Assembly: GCA_030390025.1 (NCBI GenBank)
Contig: CM059433.1
Coordinates: 10,852,001 to 10,916,000, forward strand
DNA: 64,000 nucleotides
Reading direction: 5' to 3'
DNA from: Squalus acanthias
Taxonomy: Eukaryota
Positions 49,590 through 59,944 of this stretch are shown piece by piece. The notes under the pieces are model-generated. The model was not told the DNA's origin, made no database searches, and saw only the letters and a list, made by a program, of their open reading frames with translations. The translations under genes were made by a program, and so were the position numbers. Position 1 is the first letter of the stretch; every line of letters begins with the position of its first letter.

Positions 49590-50980
49590 GGGGGCAATTT
49601 TAACCCTACCTGCCCCGTGGAAACTGGGCGAGTGGGCAGTTAAAATTGCCCAGGTTACTTACCCATTGGAAAGCCAGCAGGAACTCACCGTTCGGAATTT
49701 TAACCTGCTCTACTGACACCCACCCAAAGGCGTCGGGGTCCACTTTGGTGTCAAAAACAGGAAGGCAGACTATTATCTGAATGGCAATAGATTGGGAGAA
49801 GGGGAAGTGCAACGAGACCTGGGTGTCCTTGTGCACCAGTCGCTGAAAGTAAGCATGCAGGTGCAGCAGGCGGTGAAGAAGGCAAATGGTATGTTGGCCT
49901 TCATAGCGAAAGGGTTTGAGTATAGGAACAGGGATGTCCTGCTGCAGTTGTACAGGGCCTTGGTGAGACCACACCTTGAGTATTGTGTGCAGTTTTGGTC
50001 GCCTTATCTGAGGAAGGATGTTCTTGCCATGGAAGGAGTTCAGCGAAGATTCACAAGGCTGATACCTGGGATGGCAGGAATGACATATGAGGAGAGATTG
50101 GGTCGATTGGGCTTATACTCACTGGTGTATAGGAGAATGAGAGGGGATCTCATCGAAACATTAAAAATTCTGACAGGTCTGGACAAACTAGATGCAGGAA
50201 GAATGTTCCCGATGGTCGGAGAGTCCAGAACCAGGGGTCATAATCTACGGATAACGGGTAAACCATTTAGGACAGAAATGAGGAAGAATTTCTTCACCCA
50301 GAGAGTGGTGAACCTGTGGAATTCTCTACCACAGAAGGTAGTTGAGGCGAAGTCATTAAATATATTCAAAGATGAGTTAGATATATTTCTTAAAGCTAAA
50401 GGTATCAAGGGATATGGGGAGAAGGCAGGTACAGGGTACTGAGTTTGGATGATCAGCCATGATCTCATCGAATGGCGGAGCAGGCTCGAGGGGCCGAATG
50501 GCCTACTCCTGCTCCTATCTTCTATGTTTCTATGCTTCTATGTTTCTTCACACACATGCATGTCGGGCTCCGTTGATGTCATCCAGACCCGTCTGCAATT
50601 TTAACTGGTGGCCTGAGCGGGGAAGCCACTGCAGCTTTCCTGCCACTGGGAAGAGGGACCTGGGCCAGAAGAGGCCCAGGCAGGTAAGTACCTGCAGGTA
50701 AGCAGCAGTGCTGCTCCGGGCCCCACCAGAAAAGCTGACGCTTCCCCCTCCCGCCAGCAAGATGGCCCCCCCGAAGCTGATCCGCCACCTACCTGGTGTC
50801 GGCGGGTGGCCTCGTGCTGCGTGGTTTTCACCGCTTCCCACGGAGTTCCAGCTAGGACGTTGGCCGGTGGGGTTTAAATGAGGCCTGGGTGATAAAATCG
50901 CCCCGTGCCTCATTTCCTGCGAAGCGGGAGGAGTTTCCAACTCACCTCACTATCTACCCCCCCAGGGTTAAAATCAGAGC
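49590..50980. mobile_element. Harbinger-like MITE split by a CR1 insertion
   Basis: Ends GGGGGCAATTTTAACCCT / AGGGTTAAAATCAGAGCC share an 11-bp inverted core; GC-rich interior on both sides of the CR1. Confidence 0.55.
49741..50547 (+). mobile_element. 5'-truncated CR1 LINE with open ORF2 C-terminus
   Basis: ORF 49792-50442 (QRDLGVLV..RPHLEYCVQFWSP..RGDLIET..WNSLP..GIKGYG); (TTTCTATG)n tail. Confidence 0.95.
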
Positions 50981-51616
50981 CGAAGTCTTGGTTCAAATTG
51001 GTGTCAGGTCAGGGAGTTCTCACGCCTGTTTTATAGTCGGAATTGTAGCATTCTGGTCATCTTTGAACTTAATTTGTTCCAATAAGAGGGACCAAATCTT
51101 CTGATTCTGCATGAAGAGCCTTGCCTTCTGCATCGAAACCTTCAGAGAAGTAGTGGACAAAATATAGGAAAACAAAGAGGCCTTTCATTCACAAAAAGTG
51201 CTTACACAGAAGGTTGGTTCAGTAAAGTGAATCAGACCAAAATAAAAAGCAGAGAGACTCTGTGTCAGAGCAGACACCTGACTACTGCATGAGACACTCA
51301 ACAAGACTAGGGAGTTTTACAAGTCAACCCTTCCAACGATATCATCAAACAGTAGTAGACCTGTATGTTCAAGTAGCTGCTATAATATAATTTATAAGAA
51401 GCTCTGTTTTCTAAATATAAATTCACTTTTTGTTCATTGCACGGGACAATTCACTACAAAACAAAGAATACTATTTTATCTCCCATGTACAAGACATTGG
51501 CTCGGCCTCATTTAAAAGACTAGGGATGAATTGGATAGCACTGGCCTGCCGACATGAATTGGGTGCAGGGAACAGGGGGCACTTATATCCGGGTGCCGCC
51601 TGAACAACTTTATTTT

Positions 51617-51670
51617 CCAGCACGGACTTGATAGGCCGAATGGCCTCCTTCTGTGCCGTTATGACTCTAT
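51617..51670 (+). mobile_element. CR1 3' tail fragment; tail continues at 52562-52580
   Basis: GGCCGAATGGCCTCCTTCTGTGCCGT followed by (ATGACTCT)n. Confidence 0.7.
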
Positions 51671-52561
51671 GGAGGAAAATTCAGTATCGTCCCGTTTGGG
51701 GCGCAATTATCGGCTGTGCGCAAAGTTTAGTGCCTGGCACTAATTATTGCCTCCGACTGCAAACTTGACTTTTATCGCCCCTGGAGGTGATTGGAGCACT
51801 AAATCAGGCGCTACACATCTGTTTTAAAGCGCAAAGGCCGAGGAGCGAGGCGCTACCTCAGAGCGCTGGCGAAGCTCATGTGATGTCAGTCAGCAATGGA
51901 ACACAGACACAATGGCGCCGGCCAGTTCTTAAAGGGGAGGGTTGATCTTGCTCTCCATCCACATCCTGCTCATTGCAGCCTTGAATCTCGGCCTGGAGAG
52001 ACCTGTACATCAAATCTGCTGGAAAGAACAATGGAGAGGCCCAGGCAAAGAGCTCAGAGTGCAGCCCCCACAGTCTCTTCTAAATAGATGCATGGAAGGG
52101 CAAATCAAAATGAACCTGCAAAGTGCTGCTCAGTACCCAAAACTCCTTCACACAGCGTTGAATCTCTCCAGAAGTCTCTCTCTCTCTCTCAGAATGCGTG
52201 GTGCAAAACTGTCACCAACAAAAAAAGGCAGGAAGCGTTTGCCTTTAAATAGCGCTCCCCCAGTCTCTTCCTGACTGCAAAACGCTCCCCTCAACCTGTC
52301 GTTGCTAGCGGCAGGCGGTAAGGCAGGGGGTGCCACTCAATAACCGCTCCAGGGCGCTACCGGGGCGTTGCGCACTTGACTGACGTCACGATCTGCCGGC
52401 GCAGGAGATCGTGGCGGTAGTGTTTAGCACCGCCGCAAAATGTCTGGTCAATTTCGCGAGAGGCGCAGATATCACCACGCCCGGGCGCTGGTTGCTTTGC
52501 GCCCCATTAACGCCTTCTTAAGGCGCTAACGGGAGGCGCAAACCAATTGAATTTTTCCCCC
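51671..52561. mobile_element. Harbinger-like MITE (same family as 44345-45018)
   Basis: TIRs GGAGGAAAATTCA / TGAATTTTTCCCCC; TAT TSD (51668-51670, 52562-52564) inside a CR1 tail. Confidence 0.8.
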
Positions 52562-52739
52562 TATGACTTATGACTCTATAACGGGTAGGCCTGAGGGACA
52601 CTGGATATTGGGCCATGGGCCTCATTTAAATTAGACCAGCGAGAGGCAAACGCCTGCTGGACGTCCTCAGGCAGCTCACTGGCAAAGCGAATGTAAATGT
52701 CGGGCTGCTGTGACACCGGCGGTGGCTCTCAGGTGGGCC

Positions 52740-52892
52740 CTGTGGGGTGGGGGGTGGGGGGTGAGGCGATCGAGAGGAAGGGGAATGATTGAGAGGGAAG
52801 GGGCGATCAGGATGGAGGGGGAGGATCGGGAGGGAAGTGGGGGGGGTGGTGGGGGGGCGATCAAGAGTGAGGAGGCAATCGAGAGGGAGGCC
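52740..52892 (+). repeat. Short degenerate GATC plus G-run repeat resembling the main array's border units
   Basis: GGCGATCGAGAGG, ATGATTGAGAGGG, GGCGATCAGG, GGATCGGGAGGG, GGCGATCAAG, GGCAATCGAGAGGG at ~20-bp spacing. Confidence 0.6.
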
Positions 52893-53020
52893 GAACAGAG
52901 GCCGGCAACGGTTTTCAGTGGAGCCAGTTGACATATCACTGCCTAGGTTCGCATGTGAACGGTAGGCACGAAGGAGACAGCATTAGTTATCTGTGGAACT
53001 GCACCCCAGCATGAGACAAG

Positions 53021-53209
53021 GGGGTAGATCTTGACTATGTGCGGTAGTGTCAAACGGGGGATTGTGATTCTCCAGCCCGTTTTACATCTCTCCCGATTTT
53101 TATTTGTGTTGTCTTCAACAACGGAAATTAAAATCGGGGGAGATGTAAAACGGGCTGGAGAATCACAATCACCCGTTTGACACTACCGCACAAAGTCAAG
53201 ATCTACCCC
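53021..53209. mobile_element. Palindromic (hairpin) MITE
   Basis: Near-perfect ~80-bp inverted arms GGGGTAGATCTTGACT.. / ..AGTCAAGATCTACCCC. Confidence 0.85.
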
Positions 53210-54859
53210 ACACCCCCTCTATGCTTTCAGGGAAAATAGAGAAATCTGCAAAAAAAAAAATTGTAGCCTTTTTCTCTGACTATTACTGTGTAACGCGAAA
53301 GCAAAGATTCATTTTAGATTTTTATTACGCTGAGATACTAATAAGCAATGCAGACTGGTGCCATAGCTTCGTACAAGCATCCTGCAAGCTCAGCTGATGC
53401 CAACAAAATGGTTGTCGAAGCAATGTAGATTGTACTCGTAGACAGTTTCATTTTGCAGAGCTCTAACCAGTTGCAATTTCCAGAAAGATATTACGACGTG
53501 TTTATTGAAGCATTTTGCTGTCCAATATAAAAGGAAATATTTTTCTGGCCATTTGGTATTCATTTCTTCTGTCTCATCTTAAATATCAGAGCAGGCGTTT
53601 TTTTTTTTTCCTGCTCCTGCTGCCTTTGCTCCGCTAACATGATGTCGGAATGATAATAATCTTTGTCACTCCTCACACAGGCGAGCTGGCAATGACCCTA
53701 GCTGACCCAATTGAAATTGATTTTGTTGTTGAACTCTTAGGTGCTGCAAATTAATCTGAGATCCATAGCAGATCAGGAAAGCAAGGCACAGAGTACAAAG
53801 ACTTCGACAACTAAGCAAAAAAGAAATTAGCTCGAGCAGAGGTATTTAAGTACAGGAAGATAAATGGCTACAATGGTTTGCTTTGATAGAACATCTGTAG
53901 TAAAGCAGAGAAGAATGACATGAGGTTTGAGAAAAACCTGTAATTTAATAGCCTAATTTCCTGCCTGGCCCACTAGAAATATCTGTCTGCCACTGACAGC
54001 TGACGAAAATGCACAAGGATTTGATTTGCTCCCCAGTGCAAGACAAGTTCAGGCCTATCTGTCCCTCAGGCTGCTCAGCCTCAGACAGGCCCAGTGTCTG
54101 GTATCCACTATCTCATTATACATTCGGATACGCTTTTTTTCCCCCCCCCCCTGTTGCTTTTGATGTCTCCTTCATTCTCTTGCGGTTCACTTGAACCATA
54201 TAAAGTTTAAAACGAGTCACTTGCTGAACAAGAAGCAGCACGGAATCAGTGCATGATCCTTTGCTTAATCTGCTTTAGGTTGACGGGGATGCAGTGTATC
54301 TGTCACACCTACAATACGGGCTAATTCCAAATGAGCCTTGTCAACTTGTACTGGCACAGCAATTCGAGCACATTTTGAATTAAACCGTTCCGTAGCGCAA
54401 TCGGATTTAATCACTTGAGACCCTGTGTACTTTTCTACTTTGTTGCTTACAAGCATTCGAATGCTTTGATACCATCGCAGATATCACAGAGGTGACACTA
54501 TCAAGTTGTCCAGGGCTCTGCGTGCTGGCCCTTTCTTGTATCACAGCAGGAAATACCTAAAAGATTCGGTTGCCATTGGAAACAGGCGAGCCCATTCCTC
54601 GGCTGCTGCATTAGAGACATCAAAACCCCAAATAGCCCAGAGGGCAGTGCTGGACACGTAAAGGTTTTTCTATTGAATCTAAGGCAAATTGTGCTGGAAG
54701 TGTTATTTCCCATCATTGTAGCATAATATATATTTGCCGATTTTCTTCGCTTTTCTCTGCGCTCCTGAAGTAACAGTCTGGAGGATCCACTGGGTCAGTT
54801 TGCAAAGGTAGTGTGGAAGTGAAGAATACAGATCAGAGATTCCCAGGTTTGATTCCCAG

Positions 54860-55541
54860 TTTTTTTAAATTTGTTTATGGGATCTGGGCGTCGCTGGCAA
54901 GGCCAGCATTTATTGCCCATCCCTAGTTGCCCTTGAGAAGGTGGTGGTGAGCCGCCTTCTTGAACCGCTGCAGTCCGTGTGGTGAAGGTACTCCCACAGT
55001 GCTGTTAGGGAGGGAGTTGCAGGATTTTGACCCAGCGACAATGAAAGATCGACGATATACTTCTAAGTCAGGATGGTGTGTGACTTGGAGGGGAACTTGG
55101 AGGTGGTGGTGTTCCCATGCGCCTGCTGCCCTTGTCCTTCTAGGTGGAAGAGGTCACGGGTTTGGGAGGTGCTGCCGAAGAAGCCTTGGCGAGTTGCTGC
55201 AGTGCATCTTGTAGATGGTACACACTGCAACCACGGTGCGCCAGTGGTGGAGGGAGTGAATGTTTAAGGTGGTGGATGGGGTGCCAATCAAGTGGGCTGC
55301 TTTGTCCTGGATGGTGTTGAGCTCCTTGAATGTTGTTGGAGCTGCACTCATCCAGGCAAGTGGAGAGTATTCCATCACACTCCTTACTTGTGCCTTGTAG
55401 ATGGTGGAAAGGCTTTGGGGAGTCAGGAGGTGAGACACTCGCCGCAGAATAACCAACCTCTGACCTGCTCTTGTTGCCACAGTATTTATGTGGCTGGTCC
55501 AGTTAAGTTTCTGGTTAATGGTGACCCCCAGGATGTTGATA
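54860..55541 (-). mobile_element. 5'-truncated non-LTR retrotransposon (CR1/L2 group, A-rich tail)
   Basis: ORF 55154-55663 (ILGVTINQKLNWTSHI..IYKAQVRSVMEYSPLAW) is an RT C-terminal region; second copy at 58148-58856; sits within a family-B SINE. Confidence 0.88.
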
Positions 55542-55544
55542 GTT

Positions 55545-55935
55545 TGCGTTGGGTTCACTGATATCAGCTGGGTGACCGAAGGGGCTCGACAATTGGTCTC
55601 TGGAAGAGAAAAAATCAGACAGTGCTCCAGCTCCAGCTGCCAATTGCCATCCAGTGACTGCAATTGGAAAGTGTGAATCCGTGTGTCCGTGTGTGTATGT
55701 TACATGCGTGCGTCTGTGTGTGTGCGCGTGCGTGTGTGCGTGGTTGTGTGTGTGTGTGCGTGTATATGTGTGTCCATTCTGTAAGGACAGGGTTGGGTTT
55801 CACTGTGGCGTCCCTCATGGTTAAATATCTAGTCAATTACTGTTTAGACTCACCAATGAAGATTGGCCACTTATATGAGGTACCAGAAGGTGTTTGTTGC
55901 CCATCGAGATCAAGCCTTCAGAAAGGGGGTAGGGG
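55545..55935 (+). mobile_element. Family-B SINE body (head near 54790-54859), with (TG)n expansion at 55680-55772
   Basis: CCCAGGTTTGATTCCC head; CTGATATCAGC, ACAATTGGTCTC, AAAAATCAG, ATCCAGTGAC..GGAAAGTG, GGACAGG blocks. Confidence 0.55.
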
Positions 55936-55940
55936 AATTG

Positions 55941-56285
55941 CCCCACTCCAGAGACTTGAGCACAAAATCCAGAATGACACTCTGGTACAGTACTGAGGGA
56001 GTGCTGCACTGTCGGAGGTGCCGTCTTTCGGATGAGTCGCTAAAGCGAGGCCCCGTCTGCCCTCGAAGGTGGACATAAAAGATCCCATGGCGCTATTTCG
56101 AAGAAGAGCAGGGTAGTTATCCCCAGTGTCCTGGCCAATATTTATCCCTCAATCAGCATCACTAAAATACAGGTTATCTGGTCATTATCACATTGCTGTT
56201 GGTGGAAGTACTTCATTGGCTGTAAAATGCTTTGGGGCATCCTAAGGTCATGAAAGGCATTATATAAATACAAGTCTTATTTTTA
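55941..56285 (+). mobile_element. SacSINE1/DeuSINE-like SINE
   Basis: CCCACTCCAGAGACTTGAGCACAAAATC..GGAGGTGCCGTCTTTCGGATGAG..GTCCTGGCCAATATTTATCCCTCAA; inverted relative to 62911-63706. Confidence 0.85.
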
Positions 56286-56454
56286 CATTAGGTTAACCTC
56301 CCAAAAAATCTTTATTGTATGTGGGGTATTGCACCTGTGAAAAATGTGAACAGCACCTAAACCTTCTATTACTAATTCAAATTCGGTTCAACTGGGTCAA
56401 CTCAAAGTTCTTCAGGACAATCTAAATTTGTCTCAGTTTGAGTTCAGGTTTAGA

Positions 56455-56700
56455 TACAACAACGATAGGCATTTATATAACATCTTGAAGTCGAAGAACA
56501 TCCCAAGGTGCTTCACAGAGTTGTAATCAAATAAATGGAGCCAACGGGTTTGGTCAATTGGTCAAACGGGTAGACTTTAAGGAGGTTCTTAAAGGCGGAG
56601 GGGGAAGTCAAGAGGCGGGGAGGCTTAGGAAGAGAATTACAGAGCATGGGGCCGAGGCGGCTGAAGGCGCGGCCGCCAAAGCCAGAGTCAGAGGTACACG
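56455..56700 (-). mobile_element. L2 LINE 3' end
   Basis: ORF 56513-56764 FGGRAFSRLGPMLCNSLP..SAFKNLLKVYPFDQ; L2-type tail (CACCTTGGGATG..TATATAAATGC). Confidence 0.7.
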
Positions 56701-56949
56701 TTCCGCGGGACCCGCTGGCAGTGGGCGGAAGTGGGGCAGCCGCCTTTTGTTCCCCCCCCCCCACACCCCAAAACGGGCCTTAACGGCCAGCGCTAACACC
56801 TCCAACTTCTCGGCCCTTCTGTTTGATTTTGTAGCGTCGGGTTAATTTTACAAAGATCAATCCAAAGCTGACACGAGTGGCCTTGTTACTGGGATATCAG
56901 TGTTTGTTTCAATACTGTAACGTGTGAGCTGAAAGACACCGGGGCCTGT

Positions 56950-57502
56950 CAGCAGTCCAAAGGTTAATCATTTATTGCATTTTCTTGAGCCTACTTGCAC
57001 AGTATCGTTCCTATTTTCACGGAGACAGAGAGAGAGAGAGAATTTGTTTGTTTGGTACATCTGCAGTCTCATTTTCTTGCATGTCTACTTGACTAATTAG
57101 CTCATTTGTTTGATGGAATGGGGGGACTGTGCACCTGAGCAAGCCAGTGGAAGCCGGGCCAGATTGAAGCCAATTGTCCTGACTCTGGCTTGGCACGGCA
57201 TCAATAAAAACACAAGACTTTATCGACAAGCCAAGGATGGGATTCAAATCCGCTGGAGCACAAAGGCAAACACGGTGAAAGTGTCACTTAGATTTCCTGT
57301 GCACAGGAGGATTTATGCTGATTACAGCTGCGGTCGCGTTTTGACTGTATTGCATTACGAGTCCTGTCACATATCCTTCCACTCAGCCCGAAAGCAGGAC
57401 AGCATTCAGCGCTTTCACTTGTGGTTGCGGTCGCTGTCTTTAGCTCGACGTGATCCAGACATCGAGGAGGAGCCCGCCGTCCGTTGAGGTACTGCATCGT
57501 CG
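56950..57502 (-). other. Putative terminal exon of an unidentified host gene (short coding end plus 3' UTR)
   Basis: Acceptor TTTCTGCTCCAG (AG at 57504-57503); CpG-rich non-repeat sequence; stop depends on frame (57415 or 57288); AATAAA at 56976-56971 followed by GT-rich GGTGTCTTT. Confidence 0.4.
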
Positions 57503-57578
57503 CTGGAGCAGAAACGTTGGAGCAGCCAGCGGAGAGGCGAGACACGGAGGGGAGGGGTGGGCAGGGTGAGTAAAATCA

Positions 57579-57712
57579 AGTCTGACGAAGGGTCACAGAC
57601 CTGAAACGTTAACTCTGTTTCTCTCTCTCCGCGGATGCTGCCTGGCCTGCTGAGGGTTTCCAGCATTTTCGGTTGTTATTTCGGATTTCCAGCATCCGCA
57701 GTATTTTGCTAT
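57579..57712 (+). mobile_element. Penelope-like element terminal fragment with hammerhead core (57582-57614)
   Basis: CTGACGA-A-GGGTC-ACA-GACCT-GAAACGTTAACT; same family as 573-675. Confidence 0.7.
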
Positions 57713-57842
57713 TGTCCCGTAAACGAGTAATGGATTTCTTTATTTTTTTAAAACACAAGTGGAAGGCGTTTGACGATGAACCCGACTGACACGGAAACAC
57801 TGAAAGAAGAAAAGAGTGAGAGAAAGGAAAAAAAACACTGCA

Positions 57843-57952
57843 AAAGAAAGACGTGCATTTCTATAGCGCCTTTCACGACCACCGGACGTCTCAAAGCGCT
57901 TTACAGCCAATGAAGTACTTTTGGAGTGTCGTCACTGTTGTAATGTGGGAAA
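57843..57952 (-). mobile_element. SacSINE1/DeuSINE-like 3' tail
   Basis: TGCATTTCTATAGCGCCTTTCACGACC..AAAGCGCTTTACAGCCAATGAAGTAC. Confidence 0.8.
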
Positions 57953-58147
57953 GGGACAAAGGGATTGAAATGAAGTAGGCCAAGTGAACGGCTGGATTAC
58001 AGTTAGAGGGAGATAGAGAAACACCCACGTTACTTTAGTGGCAATCGTTTTAAAAAAGAGGGGAAGGTGAAAGGGGAAGAGTTAATGTGATCGTAATCTC
58101 CATTGAGAAATAAGATGTGAAACAGAAAAAAAATGCAAACTGAATAA

Positions 58148-58856
58148 CTTTTTTAAATTAGTTTTTATGGATGTGGGCGTCGCTGACGAGGCCAGCATTT
58201 ATTGCCCATCCCTAATTGTCCTTGAGAAGGTGGTGGTGAGCCGCCTTCTTGAACCGCTGCAGTCCATGTGGTGAAGGTACTCCCACAGTGCTGTTAGGGA
58301 GGGAGTTCCAGGAGTTTGATCCAGCGACGATGAAGGATCAGCGATATACTTCAAAGTCAGGATGATGTGTGATTTGGAGGGGAACTTGGAGGTGGTGGTG
58401 TTCCCATGCGTCTGCTGCCCTTGTTCTTCTAGGTGGAAGAGGTCGCGGGTTTGGGAGGTGCTGCCGAAGAAGCCTTGGCGAGTTGCTGCAGTGCATCTTG
58501 TAGATGGTACACACTGCAGCCACGGTGCGCTGGTGGTGGAGGGAGTGAATGTTTAAGGTGGTGGATGGGGTGCCAATCAAGCGGGCTGCTTTGTCCTGGA
58601 TGGTGTTGAGCTTCTTGAGTGTTGTTGGAGCTGCAGTCATCCAGGCAAGTGGAGAGTATTCCATCACACTCCTTACTTGTGCCTTGTCGATGGTGGAAAG
58701 GCTTTGGGGAGTCAGGAGGTGAGACACTCGCCGCAGAATACCCAGCCTCTGACCTGCTCTTGTTGCCACAGTATTTATGTGGCTGGTCCAGTTAAGTTTC
58801 TGGTCAATGGTGACCCCCAGGATGTTGATGGTGGGGGATTCGGTGATGGTAATGCC
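58148..58856 (-). mobile_element. 5'-truncated non-LTR retrotransposon, same family as 54860-55541
   Basis: ORF 58338-58892 (ESPTINILGVTIDQKLNWTSHI..); high nucleotide similarity to the first copy. Confidence 0.88.
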
Positions 58857-59539
58857 TCGCTTGTTGGGGGAAAAAGGAAACAAAAAGGGCAAAAAGATTT
58901 CAACAGACTAAAGTAAAGAATCATAACTAAATATCGAGGAAAGGAAATAATAATTATTTTAATATTGCTTTGTTTTTCCGTTGTTCCCCCTCATTAAATT
59001 ATGTGTTTTTGTCAACTCTCTTCCCTTTTTCTCCCCGCCTCTCCTGAAGGCGCTGACTCTAGCTGGGATACAGTTCGTGCTCGCTGACAGCCCTCCAGTG
59101 CCATGCCCAAGTGGTCAGGCTGCTAAATTGTGAAGGGCGTCACCAGCCAAGCCTGATTCTTCAGCCCTGGCTTCGCACTGCCCTGATTAGTGAGCTTACC
59201 CACCAGTCTCATTCTTCTTCATAATGGGTGCAGCGCAGATTCACCAGAATGATACCGGGCCAAAAGGATTAAATTACGAGGACAGGTTGCATAGGCTAGG
59301 CTTGTATTCCCTTGAGTATAGAGGATTGTGGGGGGCACCCAATTGCAGTGTTTAGGTTGATTAAAGGATTTCATTGGGTAGATAGAGAGTAACGATTTCC
59401 TCTGGAGGTGGTGGGAGGGTAGGGGTGTTCAAGGGGGGAAATCCTTAAAATTAGAGCTGGGCCATTATGGGGTGATGTCAGGAAGAACTCTTCACATAAA
59501 GAGTAGTGGAAATCTGGAACTCTCTCCCCCAAAAAGCTG

Positions 59540-59758
59540 AGAAGTCGCACAACATCAGGTTATAGTCCAACAGTTTTATTTGAAATCACAAGCTTTCGGA
59601 GCGCTGCTCCTTCGTCAGGTGAAGTGAAGAGATGACCTGACGAAAGAGCAGCGCTCCGAAAGCTTGTGATTTCAAATAAAACTGTTGGACTATAACCTGG
59701 TGTTGTGCGACTTCTCACATTTGTCCACCCCAGTCCAACACCGGCATCTCCACATCAT
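59540..59758. mobile_element. Penelope-like palindromic insertion with two opposed hammerhead cores
   Basis: 13-bp TSD CCCCAAAAAGCTG (59527-59539, 59759-59771); 83-bp inverted arms 59538-59620 / 59635-59717 with 2 mismatches. Confidence 0.8.
59586..59622 (-). ncRNA. Minimal type I hammerhead ribozyme motif
   Basis: Minus strand reads UCAC-CUGACGA-A-GGAGC-AGC-GCUCC-GAAA-GC-UU-GUGA: helix I UCAC/GUGA, helix II GGAGC/GCUCC, palindromic AGCU helix III. Confidence 0.7.
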
Positions 59759-59944
59759 CCCCAAAAAGCTGTTGAGGCTGGGGGTCAATTGAAAAATTCA
59801 AAATTGAGATTGAGATTTCTTTAAGGCAAGGGTATTAAGGTTTACGATAGTTAAGATACAGATCAGCCATGACCTCATTGAATGGCGGAACAGGCTCGAG
59901 GGGCTGAATGGCCTCCTCTTGTTCCTAAGACATAACTGGGTCTT

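Larger units (their letters stand above)
59225..59930 (+). mobile_element. Degenerate CR1 3' fragment, interrupted at 59540-59758
   Basis: AGATTCACCAGAATGATACC..GGCTTGTATTCCCTTGAG..ATCTGGAACTCTCTCCCCCAAAAAGCTG|TTGAGGCTG..GAATGGCGGAACAGGCTCGAGGGGCTGAATGG. Confidence 0.85.

Noticed and set aside
49792..50442. Functional retrotransposon gene (also 61598-62353)
   Set aside because: Only the ORF2 C-terminus is present; 5'-truncated, lacking endonuclease and RT core
50680..50705. Strong splice donors CAGGTAAGT / CAGGTAAGC as host exon ends
   Set aside because: They lie inside a MITE, with no upstream acceptor or coding frame
57540..57575. Plus-strand first exon ending at GGGTGAGT
   Set aside because: The purine-rich stretch is better explained as the minus-strand polypyrimidine tract; no other plus-strand exon support
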